Positions 1 through 8,804 of a stretch of DNA of 46,847 nucleotides are shown here, one piece after another. The position numbers were made by a program, and so were the translations under genes. Source of the DNA: a virus (taxonomy: Duplodnaviria; Heunggongvirae; Uroviricota; Caudoviricetes); IMG/VR virus record IMGVR_UViG_2923318301_000001, positions 1 through 46,847 of that record, one strand, 5' to 3'. The notes beneath the pieces were generated by a model. It worked only from the letters and a program-made list of their open reading frames with translations. It made no database searches and had not been told where the DNA came from. Position 1 is the first letter of the stretch. Every line of letters begins with the position of its first letter.

Positions 1-1053
1 CTAGTAGTAATGGTCATAACCTCCGCTTTCTCTTCTGGCTCTGGATGCTCTCACTCGTGCTTTTCTTAACATCCTTAACAGCGGGTGGGTTTGTACTTTG
101 TTCGAGTTTATTGTCTGTGAGGATAGTAACTCCCTGCGCTCTGTCTCTGCCTCTTTGGTGACCGCTATCACTGATAAATCCCAATCGTGTTTGCTAATTA
201 ACGGTGCTTGGAACGGGGTGATTGGTGAGCGATTTATGTCTTGTCGTTTCAATGTACGCTGTATCTGTCGCTTAACTTTGTAGTTGTCTTTCCTTGATGC
301 CTGAATGGCTTTTAGTATGCGTCTTACAGCATGAAAGCCAGTGATAGAAAGTGTTTCTTTTTTTATCTCATGCCGCGCCCAGCCATTCGAATAACCCCAA
401 ACGTTGGCATCTGACCAATCATATAGGCTCTTGCTCGCCTCTCTATTAAAGTCATTTAACTTAGTTTCGGGTTTTGCCATGTAATCAATCTGTTTACCTA
501 TACACCTTGTAGGCTCTGAATATTGCTGACCTTTCAAATCTAGATCCCACTGGGGAGGAACATTTGATGGGATTGCATTGTTTGCCAGTGTTACCCATTT
601 GCTGACAATTTTGCCTGCTTGCCCATTAATGCTTCTTTCGTTCACCATAATTATTGCGTGTACATGCGGCTCTGACTGGTGTTGAGCCCACTCCATGACG
701 TAAACCCACTGATTGCCTTTCGAAGTCAACCATCTGGTAAGTGCCTTTAACGCTTTGTTGAATTTCTCTGGCGTTGTTCCCTTAACGGGTCTGAAGGTAA
801 AGGAGTAGGGGATACCACTAGTTGATTCGACATCCAGAGTAAACAAAGCTCGCCTCATTGTACGCCATTTCTTCTTTGTCCAAGCTGGTGGTATGCAGTG
901 GTTAGCCTTTGATGATTGGCGTTTATTCTCCGCCTTTAATTCATTACGTTTGTGCGTAACTGATCTCACATAAGCTAATGTGCGACCATTGATGTGATTG
1001 ATTACGGCTTGTGATTTTGTGGATAGACTCGCGTCTTTATCGTATAATTCCAT
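1..1053 (-). CDS. Replication initiation protein, probable HUH-type rolling-circle initiator
   Basis: 350-aa ORF with stop at window position 1..3; H-x-H motif (PHVHAIIMV) typical of HUH endonucleases; last gene of the alpA-led operon. Family assigned by motif only. Confidence 0.55.
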   Translation of the reverse strand: MELYDKDASLSTKSQAVINHINGRTLAYVRSVTHKRNELKAENKRQSSKANHCIPPAWTKKKWRTMRRALFTLDVESTSGIPYSFTFRPVKGTTPEKFNKALKALTRWLTSKGNQWVYVMEWAQHQSEPHVHAIIMVNERSINGQAGKIVSKWVTLANNAIPSNVPPQWDLDLKGQQYSEPTRCIGKQIDYMAKPETKLNDFNREASKSLYDWSDANVWGYSNGWARHEIKKETLSITGFHAVRRILKAIQASRKDNYKVKRQIQRTLKRQDINRSPITPFQAPLISKHDWDLSVIAVTKEAETERRELLSSQTINSNKVQTHPLLRMLRKARVRASRARRESGGYDHYY

Positions 1054-1121
1054 GTGTAAAGTTCATATATTTCAATTGCTTCAAAGCCGACTCTCGCAAA
1101 GTCGGCTTTCTGCTTTGTCAA

Positions 1122-1508
1122 TCACAGGTATTTGGTTTCAATACCCTTGTAAACAGTTCTAAGCGTGTCTTCAGGCACTTTACCCACCAGCCCACGCAAC
1201 AACGACAACGTTATGTTTACCTTACGCAATGTCTTTACATATCTGGCGTTCGTCCTCCAGATCTTCAATGTTTCGTCTTTATCGCTGTGGTATGCTTCTA
1301 AATTGCGTTCTGTGACGTGATACGCCTCTGTTTTAAACTGCTCAACAGGAATTCCCCAATCGTTGCGTAACAGCGTTAAAACGCGACTACGTTCGTGATT
1401 TCCGGCTTTCCTTAATATGTCGTCAAACTCTTTTGGGGTAAGCTTCCTGCCACTTAGTAGGATATCGCGTATATTCGCGGCGACCTGAGAGCGTGTAAGA
1501 GTGCTCAT
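1122..1508 (-). CDS. Hypothetical protein (island operon)
   Basis: 128-aa ORF co-oriented with flanking genes; 4-bp overlap with the upstream ORF (1505..1508) suggests translational coupling; no recognisable motif. Confidence 0.55.
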   Translation of the reverse strand: MSTLTRSQVAANIRDILLSGRKLTPKEFDDILRKAGNHERSRVLTLLRNDWGIPVEQFKTEAYHVTERNLEAYHSDKDETLKIWRTNARYVKTLRKVNITLSLLRGLVGKVPEDTLRTVYKGIETKYL

Positions 1509-1699
1509 TTTCGTCCCCCCAGAAATCTGTCGGCAAATTGATCAAGGCTGGAGGCAAGCCACACCCGGCGCTTGCGTCCATTGATGGTCTGATTTATATA
1601 GGGAGGAAAGCTTCGGATATATCGCTTTAACTGATAGAAGCGTGACAGACAGACGCCAAGATATTCTGCTGCGTCTTTAGCGGTCAGGTAATTAATCAT
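1505..1699 (-). CDS. Small helix-turn-helix DNA-binding protein (AlpA/excisionase-like fold likely)
   Basis: 64-aa basic ORF; N-terminal LTAKDAAEYLGV resembles HTH_17-type excisionase/regulator proteins. Confidence 0.5.
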   Translation of the reverse strand: MINYLTAKDAAEYLGVCLSRFYQLKRYIRSFPPYINQTINGRKRRVWLASSLDQFADRFLGGRK

Positions 1700-1780
1700 T
1701 TTATTCCCTTACTGTTGTACCAAAATGTAATATGGAGGAGACTTCCTGTCTCCCCAAATTACTCTACAATTTTTGTGCGA

Positions 1781-1972
1781 TTAAATCAGATCTATTACTA
1801 AGTAATCATCGCCAGAGGCAATGCCGATAGCTTTTCCACCGCTGGTGGATTTCACATCATAAACCCAGGTGCTGGTGCTCACCTTTTGTGGCTCTGATCT
1901 AATCAGTGCCGCGAAGGTTTCAAAATCAACATGGGTTACGTTCAGCTTTTGATTGGTAGGTTTCAACTGCAT
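1781..1972 (-). CDS. Hypothetical small protein
   Basis: 63-aa ORF co-oriented in the island operon; no motif; could be spurious. Confidence 0.35.
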   Translation of the reverse strand: MQLKPTNQKLNVTHVDFETFAALIRSEPQKVSTSTWVYDVKSTSGGKAIGIASGDDYLVIDLI

Positions 1973-2020
1973 TCTTAATACCTAATAACGTATTGTTTGT
2001 ATCCTGTTTGTTTCTGTTCT

Positions 2021-2212
2021 TTAGTTACTACGCGATTCGGCTATACGTTGATCGATCCAGTCATCGATCTCGCTTTCAATAAAAGCTATTGCGCGAGCAC
2101 CAATCTTGACTGATTGGGGGAATTGTCCTCGGCTCATCAGAGCATATACCCACGCCTTGCTATAGCCAGTGCGTTTCAAAACCTCAGATAGCCGAATCAG
2201 CGACTTTTTCAT
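2021..2212 (-). CDS. alpA: AlpA-family transcriptional regulator
   Basis: 63-aa protein MKKSLIRLSEVLKRTGYSKAWVYALMSRGQFPQSVKIGARAIAFIESEIDDWI is a textbook AlpA sequence; ATG at 2212 preceded by GAGGT ribosome-binding site. Confidence 0.85.
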   Translation of the reverse strand: MKKSLIRLSEVLKRTGYSKAWVYALMSRGQFPQSVKIGARAIAFIESEIDDWIDQRIAESRSN

Positions 2213-2368
2213 ATCTACCTCGTAATACGTTGCTTGACTATGTGAGATAGTAAATCATTGTTTTTTTAAGTTTTCTGTGAATTTGGAGAAAAAATTTTTG
2301 GGAATAGAATTACCCCAAATTGGGCGTTATTTTTTAGTTCTAACGCACAATTTGGGAACATCCTTCCT

Positions 2369-3124
2369 TTATTTTGGACGCTTTTTGGTTGCTTTTTTCT
2401 TAAATTTGGGGGCGTACTTATCCAAAGCGTTCGTTAGCAATCTCCGAAATGTATCTGGGTGGGTATCGCTGTCTTCATCGTTCCCGAATATTATGTTGTT
2501 TTCTATTACTTGGGCACTAACCCTATTGATACTAAGGTTTCCTCCACTATGGAAATCTTTGCTTGATTCAAATAAGGCAATCGCCATTCCGGCGATCATC
2601 TTTAAAGCCGTATCTTTTCCTCTCCAGTTTTGTTCTCTTTCTACTTTTTTTGACAGTGCTCCAATTTCTGGTTCGTTATCTGGAACATTCATATCCAGTT
2701 CTGGGAAGAAGTTCACAACCTCGGAGCGCTTGAAATAAAACGAATCGTAAGACCCATACCAATCATCCTCATCATCGTGATATAAAAAGTCTTCCCCTTT
2801 CCTAACGTTGAAAGTCCCTTCTTCCCCCGGTATCGGGCTCTCCCTGTATTCATGCCCCATAGCCAGAAGACCTAAAAACTCCACACACTGCTTTTCAAAG
2901 TCGTCATTAGTTGTAAAACCTGATACCCAATCGAACTGATAAAAGCCCAGCCCCCCTAAAGTATCTGGTTTAGCTTTGCTCAATCTGTAGTTACTTAAGA
3001 TAGCGGCAGCGATCATTCTTTCATTTTCATTGTTTAGTCTTGCCAGTTCGCTGATCAGATTACCAAACCAGATTTTATCTTCTGACTCGTTATAAAACGC
3101 ATCTAGTCCTGTCATCTTAGTCAC
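2369..3124 (-). CDS. Hypothetical acidic protein, island cargo gene between int and alpA
   Basis: 251-aa ORF; start is GTG at 3124 or ATG at 3115, either within 8 bp of the int stop (3117..3119); acidic clusters (DDEDDWYGSYDSFYF, NDEDSDTHPD), lysine-rich C-terminal tail; no domain I can name. Confidence 0.65.
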   Translation of the reverse strand: MTKMTGLDAFYNESEDKIWFGNLISELARLNNENERMIAAAILSNYRLSKAKPDTLGGLGFYQFDWVSGFTTNDDFEKQCVEFLGLLAMGHEYRESPIPGEEGTFNVRKGEDFLYHDDEDDWYGSYDSFYFKRSEVVNFFPELDMNVPDNEPEIGALSKKVEREQNWRGKDTALKMIAGMAIALFESSKDFHSGGNLSINRVSAQVIENNIIFGNDEDSDTHPDTFRRLLTNALDKYAPKFKKKATKKRPK

Positions 3125-4403
3125 GGCGTGTTCTCCTTCCGAACTCGTAAGGGCTTATATGTATTTCTCGATTGGCGTCCAGATAATCTGCCCACCATTG
3201 AAGCATTAGTTTGCGCTCTTCTAAGTAATCAGCCTTGTGCTTGTAGGCTCTTTTAACGTCTTTATATTCTTTGTGGCTCATCTGGCGCTCTACTGCGTCC
3301 TCCTGCCACAAACCGGACTCCATCAGGGAACTACAGGCTGTGGCACGGAATCCATGTCCAGTTACGTCCTCTTGCGTGTTATAGCCCATTAAGCGTAATG
3401 CCTTGTTTACCGTGTTTTCACTCATCACGCCTTTGGTGTTTCTTTCATTCGGAAACACAACATCGTAGCTTCCGCTTAGTTCTCTCAACTGCTTTACAAT
3501 AGAAACAGCCTGACGGCTAAGAAGCACGATATGTTCGTCTTTTCCCGTTTTTGTGCCACGGGTGGAAAACCTCACACCATCGATAGGCTCTCTTTTTTTA
3601 GGGATAATCCACTCAGCCCGATCAAGGTCAAACTCTTTCCAACGGGCAAACCTTAACTCGCTTGAACGAACAAATGTCAACATGGTTAGCTCAATGGCAA
3701 GGCGGGTAAGAGGATTACCTTTAAAGCTGCCCAATCGAGTGAAAAAGTCTGGTAAATCTCTGGGATGTAGTGCGGCATGATGCTTAGTTTCATATTGCAT
3801 TAACCGGACATCGAGATCATTCGTGATGATTTCTGTCTTAATGCCGCTCAGACGGGCGCTATGTATGATGTCCTTAACTCGTTGTTTAAGTCGGTTGGCT
3901 GTATCGTGTTTCCCGGCGTCATCTACCTTCTTAAACAAAGGTAAAATTGTCATCGCCTCCAGTTTGCGAATATCCGAAGTGCCAATGTGAGGGAAAATAT
4001 ACATTTCAAGGCTTCTAAGTACGCGTTTTCGTTGGTCTTCGTTCCACATCTGGTGGCTTTCAACCCATTGACGTCCTATTGTCTCAAAAGTGAATGCGCC
4101 TTTTTCTTCTGCTTTTGCTGCTCTTTGCTCTGCTTTGGGATCTATCCCCTTGACTAACAACTTTTTGGCGTTGTCTCGTTTTTCTCTGGCGTCTTGTAAG
4201 CTAATGGTTGGATATACACCAAAAGCAAGTCTGTCTTCTTTCTTATCTGATGGGCGGCGATACTTCATTCGCCAATACTTCGACCCGGTCTGGGATACTT
4301 CAAGATAAAGACCACCACCATCAGACAATTTATAAGTTTTGTCTCGTGGCTTAGCTGCTTTGCACTGACGGTCTGTTAATTTGTTGAGGGTATTTCTGGA
4401 CAT
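3117..4403 (-). CDS. int: Tyrosine site-specific integrase (P4-type)
   Basis: 428 aa; N-terminal arm-binding-like region, C-terminal catalytic region with HGFRAT motif and downstream Tyr; start 164 bp from the att repeat. Confidence 0.9.
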   Translation of the reverse strand: MSRNTLNKLTDRQCKAAKPRDKTYKLSDGGGLYLEVSQTGSKYWRMKYRRPSDKKEDRLAFGVYPTISLQDAREKRDNAKKLLVKGIDPKAEQRAAKAEEKGAFTFETIGRQWVESHQMWNEDQRKRVLRSLEMYIFPHIGTSDIRKLEAMTILPLFKKVDDAGKHDTANRLKQRVKDIIHSARLSGIKTEIITNDLDVRLMQYETKHHAALHPRDLPDFFTRLGSFKGNPLTRLAIELTMLTFVRSSELRFARWKEFDLDRAEWIIPKKREPIDGVRFSTRGTKTGKDEHIVLLSRQAVSIVKQLRELSGSYDVVFPNERNTKGVMSENTVNKALRLMGYNTQEDVTGHGFRATACSSLMESGLWQEDAVERQMSHKEYKDVKRAYKHKADYLEERKLMLQWWADYLDANREIHISPYEFGRRTRRD

Positions 4404-4566
4404 GTTGGGGGCACATATACAATCGAACCAGCAATGCCCCTAATTATGCCCCATAGATTTACTTGATTTCAATAGACGGAAATGGACGTCATGAGAATAA
4501 AATCTCTTTATTTTTATATGTTTACATGGGATTTATAGACAATGGTAGACGTTGGTGTACAGCGGG

Positions 4567-4582
4567 ATGGTGTCCCCTGCAG
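4567..4582. repeat. att core repeat (attR of prophage, shared with island to the left)
   Basis: atggtgtcccctgcag is identical to the 3' end of tRNA-Arg at 45764..45779. Confidence 0.75.
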
Positions 4583-4655
4583 ACATCTACTTGAAGCGGC
4601 AGGGGATTGATTGGAATGGTGTTTTTTAGATGTGAGAAATATTTTACCCGCTATT

Positions 4656-4856
4656 TTACCCATTGGCGCGGCTTAAGAGCTTATTTTTGAATTCACAATG
4701 GTCACGATATAACCATCTTGCTCGACCGTGGATAACTTTGGCTTTTGGCAGGTCGCCGGACTTAATCCGGTCGTAGATGAAGGTTTTACCGAAGCCAGTA
4801 TCGGCCATGATGAATTTCAAATCAACCAGTGAATCAGGCTGTAGTTCGTGTTGCAT
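4656..4856 (-). CDS. torI: Recombination directionality factor / excisionase TorI
   Basis: 66-aa protein MQHELQPDSLVDLKFIMADTGFGKTFIYDRIKSGDLPKAKVIHGRARWLYRDHCEFKNKLLSRANG matches my recollection of E. coli TorI; GGAG ribosome-binding site upstream. Confidence 0.85.
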   Translation of the reverse strand: MQHELQPDSLVDLKFIMADTGFGKTFIYDRIKSGDLPKAKVIHGRARWLYRDHCEFKNKLLSRANG

Positions 4857-4875
4857 GAGTGCTATCTCCGAATAG

Positions 4876-4891
4876 GGAATCGAACCTGCAA
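4876..4891. repeat. Second tRNA-Arg-derived fragment (T-arm segment)
   Basis: ggaatcgaacctgcaa is identical to tRNA positions 45779..45794, i.e. the segment immediately adjoining the att core in the intact tRNA. Confidence 0.55.
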
Positions 4892-4900
4892 ATCAGGCAA

Positions 4901-4921
4901 TAAAAAACCGCATTGATGCGG
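4901..4921 (-). terminator. Putative intrinsic terminator of the early-left operon (read on minus strand)
   Basis: On the minus strand: stem ccgca / tgcgg with 4-nt loop followed by TTTTTT; lies just downstream of the yfdT-like gene. Confidence 0.45.
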
Positions 4922-4987
4922 CGATGGTAGGTCTGGATATCTTGATAAATGAAAATGCCTCATCGAGTGTGAGGCTGTATGGCTCCA

Positions 4988-5293
4988 TTATTTCACCTCT
5001 TGCTGTGACATTGTTGAAAAATGGATACCAGCTCGTTGCTGCCAGACGATCCAACCGAGAGTCATATCCCATGCCATGTATTCGTTATTGCCGTTTTTTG
5101 CTCTCCGACGATCTACTAAGTCACCGAAACGCTTTTCCATGAATAATTCATAAGCTTCGCGTTCATCTGGTTCTACTTCCAGAGATAGGAGTGCGATTTC
5201 ATAAGCACGGCGCTCAATATCGTCTCGCACGTCAAGGCTGCTGATACGCTCTTTAATTTCTTTAATCAGTTCTTTGTCGGTAAAAGTGGTCAT
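4988..5293 (-). CDS. yfdT: Phage early protein, YfdT-like
   Basis: 101-aa ORF; length and position (next to torI) match my recollection of CPS-53 YfdT; 1-nt overlap with upstream gene. Confidence 0.6.
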   Translation of the reverse strand: MTTFTDKELIKEIKERISSLDVRDDIERRAYEIALLSLEVEPDEREAYELFMEKRFGDLVDRRRAKNGNNEYMAWDMTLGWIVWQQRAGIHFSTMSQQEVK

Positions 5294-5655
5294 TATGCTC
5301 CAGCCTCCGGTGCTTTTGGCATTACTGCCCAGTGAGTGATATTGACGTTTTCAAGGTCCCCGACCTGAAATGTCCACTGCCATTCTCCGGTTTCTTTTTG
5401 TCCCCAGGTGTACCAGAGAGAACGCCAGCCAATTAGCCAGCCTTCTCCGTTAGCATCGAATAACAAAACACTTTCATTTGCTGGTGGCAGTTCAGTTGAC
5501 ACTGGTATTACTTTGTTTTCCTGTGCTGCACATTTAGCTTCAAGCGCATCGAATTTACGCACTAGGTATTCAGCATCTGTTTCATTTACTTTCAGATCTC
5601 GCGGTACACATCTCCCACGAAGAAACCCTTCCATTTCGAAAACATTCATGCGCAT
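5293..5655 (-). CDS. yfdS: DUF551-like phage protein, YfdS-like
   Basis: 120 aa; C-terminal ITHWAVMPKAPE resembles the DUF551 signature. Confidence 0.65.
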   Translation of the reverse strand: MRMNVFEMEGFLRGRCVPRDLKVNETDAEYLVRKFDALEAKCAAQENKVIPVSTELPPANESVLLFDANGEGWLIGWRSLWYTWGQKETGEWQWTFQVGDLENVNITHWAVMPKAPEAGA

Positions 5656-6182
5656 TTGCGTAACTCCGATAACTCGTTAAAGCGTTCCATAAACATCCCG
5701 TAGGCATGGCCCGGAGCCAGTGGAATCACGTTGAACATCTCTGTTGCCGGGATACCTTCCAGTACAGGCCAGAAAGAGCCATCATCAAGCCCGAGATCGC
5801 GGCGTTCGGTTGCCAGCATGATGAGATCGGCATATTTCACGGGCGTACTCATAACTGGGGGTAACCCGTATTTCTCACGGATTACGGCGTCTATTTTTTC
5901 TTCCATTTGTTTATAGTCAGGAAGAAGGCGTTTCAGTGGTGCGGGAATGTCCTGGCAATACGCTTCTGTTGCATCATGCATTAACGCTTCAAAAGCAAAT
6001 TCCTGCGGCACCAGCTGGCTGCAAAGAACCGCATGTTGGGCGACGCTGTAGAAGTGCGAAAGATGACCGGCAAAGCGACAGATATTTGAAAGGGAAACCG
6101 CGATATCGTTAATATCGATGTCGTCTTTATTTATCCTGTCATAATAAAAATGCTTCCCGGAAAAAGTTTTAATAAATGACAT
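5646..6182 (-). CDS. yfdR: HD-domain phosphohydrolase, YfdR-like
   Basis: 178 aa from MSFIKTFSG (track ORF extends 9 codons upstream to 6209); His/Asp-rich motifs (HxxHD...D) consistent with HD hydrolases. Confidence 0.7.
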   Translation of the reverse strand: MSFIKTFSGKHFYYDRINKDDIDINDIAVSLSNICRFAGHLSHFYSVAQHAVLCSQLVPQEFAFEALMHDATEAYCQDIPAPLKRLLPDYKQMEEKIDAVIREKYGLPPVMSTPVKYADLIMLATERRDLGLDDGSFWPVLEGIPATEMFNVIPLAPGHAYGMFMERFNELSELRKCA

Positions 6183-6309
6183 TTTGTTCTCCACGTATAT
6201 GCGCTGCACCGCGCTGAATTCTGGTAAAAAGAATCCCTCACCATCCGGCGATTATTGAGTAAATTACGTTTCCATAAATGCCCCCGCAGGGGCATTTGCA
6301 GTAATGAAA

Positions 6310-7134
6310 TCAGGCGGTGAAAGTACCAATAAAGGTTTCTACTTTGCTGTCCTTGAATTTCTCAACAAGCAGATCACGAAATTCGTTAGCCATTTCTTCC
6401 TGCACCGCCTCCAGCTGAATAATGCGCAGAACCAGTACAGGACGATCGCCAGTGATAATACTGAGGCGTAATTTAAACGGACGTTCTTTCAGACCTTCAA
6501 ACGGAACGCATTTAAATTCAAATGCCACTGGCATAATGTCTTTGGTCTTCGCTTCGACAGACTCCATCAGGGAGCGTTTGCCGCTGAAGTCATTATCTTC
6601 AAAATCAGCGGTCTGGTTTGCTTCAATCGTGATTTTACGGACAGCCGCAGCCGCTTTTGTTGCCTGAATAGCGTCACCATTAGCATCAAAGCCCACAAGA
6701 TAGTCGGCCCAGTCTTCAATCCATTCTGCCAGTGACTTCTGGGAGTTACGCTCGCCGTTAACAGACAACAGAGCAGAGAACGGTGCTGTCTTTTTCAGTT
6801 TGAGTGTGGCGGTGTTATCTGCGTGACCTGGTTCATCAATAGTACCCAGGTTAAGCACACTGACGGCACGCATATTATCAGCATCGATAAAGCAGCGGGT
6901 GCCTTCATCTGCAAGATCTTTAGAATAACGGGTAAAGTCATCGATGCTGGCAGTGGAAAGCGCACCACGGAAACGGAAGCGATTTAAATTAAATTTTTCC
7001 AGATCATGAATGCGGAAATTCTCAGGCAATGCCACAGCATCGGCACCAATCTTACTGATAATTTCATTAACACCCTGAGCAGAAATAAGGGCATGGATTT
7101 GATTAATTGCGGTTGCGTCTAAGTTCTGAGACAT
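6310..7134 (-). CDS. yfdQ: Phage early protein, YfdQ-like (DUF2303-type)
   Basis: 274-aa ORF; sequence and length match my recollection of CPS-53 YfdQ. Confidence 0.7.
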   Translation of the reverse strand: MSQNLDATAINQIHALISAQGVNEIISKIGADAVALPENFRIHDLEKFNLNRFRFRGALSTASIDDFTRYSKDLADEGTRCFIDADNMRAVSVLNLGTIDEPGHADNTATLKLKKTAPFSALLSVNGERNSQKSLAEWIEDWADYLVGFDANGDAIQATKAAAAVRKITIEANQTADFEDNDFSGKRSLMESVEAKTKDIMPVAFEFKCVPFEGLKERPFKLRLSIITGDRPVLVLRIIQLEAVQEEMANEFRDLLVEKFKDSKVETFIGTFTA

Positions 7135-7199
7135 AATAAGTCCTCACTATATAAAGATATTCAGTGATGAGATAAATAATCAGTTAATTAAAAACGATA

Positions 7200-7562
7200 T
7201 TAACGACCTGCTGCGCGGAGTTTTCCGTCAGGTTCACCGGCAAGAGTCAGTAACTGTCCCTGGTCTTCCTGCAGAATAGTCAGGCGACCACCGCGATTGA
7301 CATACATCGGCGTTTCGGTGGTGTCTTCTTCGGAAATTTTCCCGCGGTTAGTCGGGCGAACATATGAGAGTTTGTGTTTGATTTTCACTCGGTTCTCATC
7401 AAACGGTTCGATTTCCAGGTTGAGCGAGACCTTACCTTTGGTTTTCGTGTTCATCACACCGGAAGCGACTTCACTGAGAACTGCGCCGATTTTGGTTTCA
7501 AATACGCCGCCGTCCAGCTCCCCGATAAATGCCTGCACATCAGTACTGCGTTCGCTAGCCAT
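7200..7562 (-). CDS. yfdP: Phage early protein, YfdP-like
   Basis: 120 aa from ATG at 7562 (MASERSTDVQ...), GAGGAG ribosome-binding site upstream; the track's 226-aa extension runs into a GC-rich structured region and reads Arg/Pro-rich, so rejected. Confidence 0.7.
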   Translation of the reverse strand: MASERSTDVQAFIGELDGGVFETKIGAVLSEVASGVMNTKTKGKVSLNLEIEPFDENRVKIKHKLSYVRPTNRGKISEEDTTETPMYVNRGGRLTILQEDQGQLLTLAGEPDGKLRAAGR

Positions 7563-7599
7563 TTTGCTGCTCCTCATCATATCGACCCTGCAAGGTCGG

Positions 7600-7860
7600 T
7601 TAGTTTCTCCACAAAACAGAGAAGAACACCTGCGGTGACTGCCGCCCGGATGGATTGGGTTATGAGCCCGTCGTCCGGTGATGCTCTTCTCTGTTTTGTA
7701 AAAAGGACGGTACCAGCCGGAAGCAAGGGTACAAGCTGGTACCGCCAAGACTACACACAGCATAAAGTTGTGGTGCCGGGTGCCTCCCGGTGCCTGGCGA
7801 AGGTTGCACACCAGGCGGGTGGGTATCCACAGAAGGTCGACTGTCAGCCTCAACCTTAAC
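7600..7860. other. GC-rich, highly structured non-coding block (candidate structured RNA or regulatory element)
   Basis: Perfect 15-bp inverted repeat 7611..7625 / 7685..7699 enclosing 59 nt; 10-bp inverted repeat 7708..7717 / 7735..7744; further stems at 7776..7790 and 7792..7816; visibly GC-rich against AT-rich neighbours; every overlapping ORF reads as low-complexity. Confidence 0.35.
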
Positions 7861-8030
7861 CCGCGTGCGCTGAGCCGCATTCACCACAACGCTAAGGATT
7901 CTCTCTGGTTGAAAATACTTAGCTGTTATGTGCCTGCTTTTAGCCACATCAGGCGAGGTGGACCTAGTTATTCCCCAACAACAAGGATTCGGTTAATCTG
8001 GTTATCCCCAACAATGCAAAAGGAAAAGAA

Positions 8031-8465
8031 ATGTCCGGTAATATCTATACGCTGTACAAATCCCACTGTGAAAATGTTGGAAAGTATCGGGGCATTGAAA
8101 TCAGTGGGGTAGTGTCATCAGTCGAAATAAGCAAAGTTGAATCAAGGGCAACATTACTTACTCTTTTGGACCTTGTCTTACATGAGCACCGGAAGAAATT
8201 CGGCACTCCCTATAATCAGTTGAATGGGAAAAAGGCTCTGGTTCACCTTATTCTGATGAAGCATCACTGGATGCCAAAACAGATTAATGAGATGAAATTT
8301 GATGAACTTCTTCTTTCAATTCAGGATGAACTCACACTTGATAAAATAAGCGTAACCGCCCAGAAATTTTTAGATTATCGAGACTGGAGATCACAAATTC
8401 ATCACTTTGATGATTTTGACGAAAATGAATGGGATCCTAATTTGTCTGCACAATATCTAAAGTAA
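8031..8465 (+). CDS. Hypothetical protein, AT-rich gene in the immunity region (position of rex/sieB in lambda)
   Basis: 144-aa ORF; AAGGA ribosome-binding site before ATG; opposite orientation to the early-left operon; AT-rich; no transmembrane segment or motif recognised. Confidence 0.6.
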   Translation: MSGNIYTLYKSHCENVGKYRGIEISGVVSSVEISKVESRATLLTLLDLVLHEHRKKFGTPYNQLNGKKALVHLILMKHHWMPKQINEMKFDELLLSIQDELTLDKISVTAQKFLDYRDWRSQIHHFDDFDENEWDPNLSAQYLK

Positions 8466-8640
8466 CATCCTGTGATAAAACCGTGATTTCCTGATCCAGT
8501 TTTTTTAAGGAGTCTATTGTTTCCTGTCGATAAGACAGCACTTCACGAAGCTGGTTTATAGCTGCCAGCTTCTTTGTCATCCACTCATAAATTTCCTCAT
8601 CTGTGTAGCCAGGCGCGACGATTTTGGGTTCTGTTTTGTG
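8437..8640 (-). CDS. Hypothetical small protein, first leftward gene after the cI-distal operator region
   Basis: 67 aa from second ATG (MHKTEPK...), AGGAGA ribosome-binding site 7 nt upstream; 3' end overlaps the convergent 144-aa ORF by 29 bp. Confidence 0.45.
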   Translation of the reverse strand, partial: HKTEPKIVAPGYTDEEIYEWMTKKLAAINQLREVLSYRQETIDSLKKLDQEITVLSQDVTLDIVQTN

Positions 8641-8703
8641 CATTTCACATCTCCTCAAGTTATCAGTTACTTGTTGATGGGGACCAGATTGTTAAAGAGC
8701 TAA

Positions 8704-8725
8704 GCGTCCTGTAGGGCGCTTTTTT
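8704..8725 (+). terminator. Putative intrinsic terminator (plus strand)
   Basis: Stem gcgtcc / gggcgc with loop tgta followed by TTTTTT. Confidence 0.5.
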
Positions 8726-8804
8726 GTTGCTAACGAATCATCCTGGACTTCATATGCCCCAGGCGGCTACTTCGTGGGCGTCCTGCCTGTTCGTTATCTT
8801 TGAT

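Larger units (their letters stand above)
1..4582. mobile_element. Integrative island (satellite/PICI-like), int-proximal portion only; left end is outside the window
   Basis: Co-oriented minus-strand module int - cargo ORF - alpA - small HTH ORFs - Rep; bounded on the right by the 16-bp argW-derived repeat at 4567..4582, 164 bp beyond the int start. Confidence 0.6.

Noticed and set aside
7374-7947. ORFs 7374..7859 (+), 7660..7947 (-), 7768..8112 (+) and the 5' extension of the yfdP-like ORF (7563..7880)
   Set aside because: All overlap the GC-rich inverted-repeat block and translate to Arg/Pro/Gly-rich low-complexity sequence; the yfdP-like gene has a proper ATG plus GAGGAG site at 7562.
8659-8703. 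N-type antitermination site (boxA/boxB nut) downstream of the presumed PL
   Set aside because: A boxA-like GCTCTTTA occurs on the minus strand, but it follows rather than precedes the only nearby hairpin, and no N-like Arg-rich ORF is present; a nut site cannot be supported.
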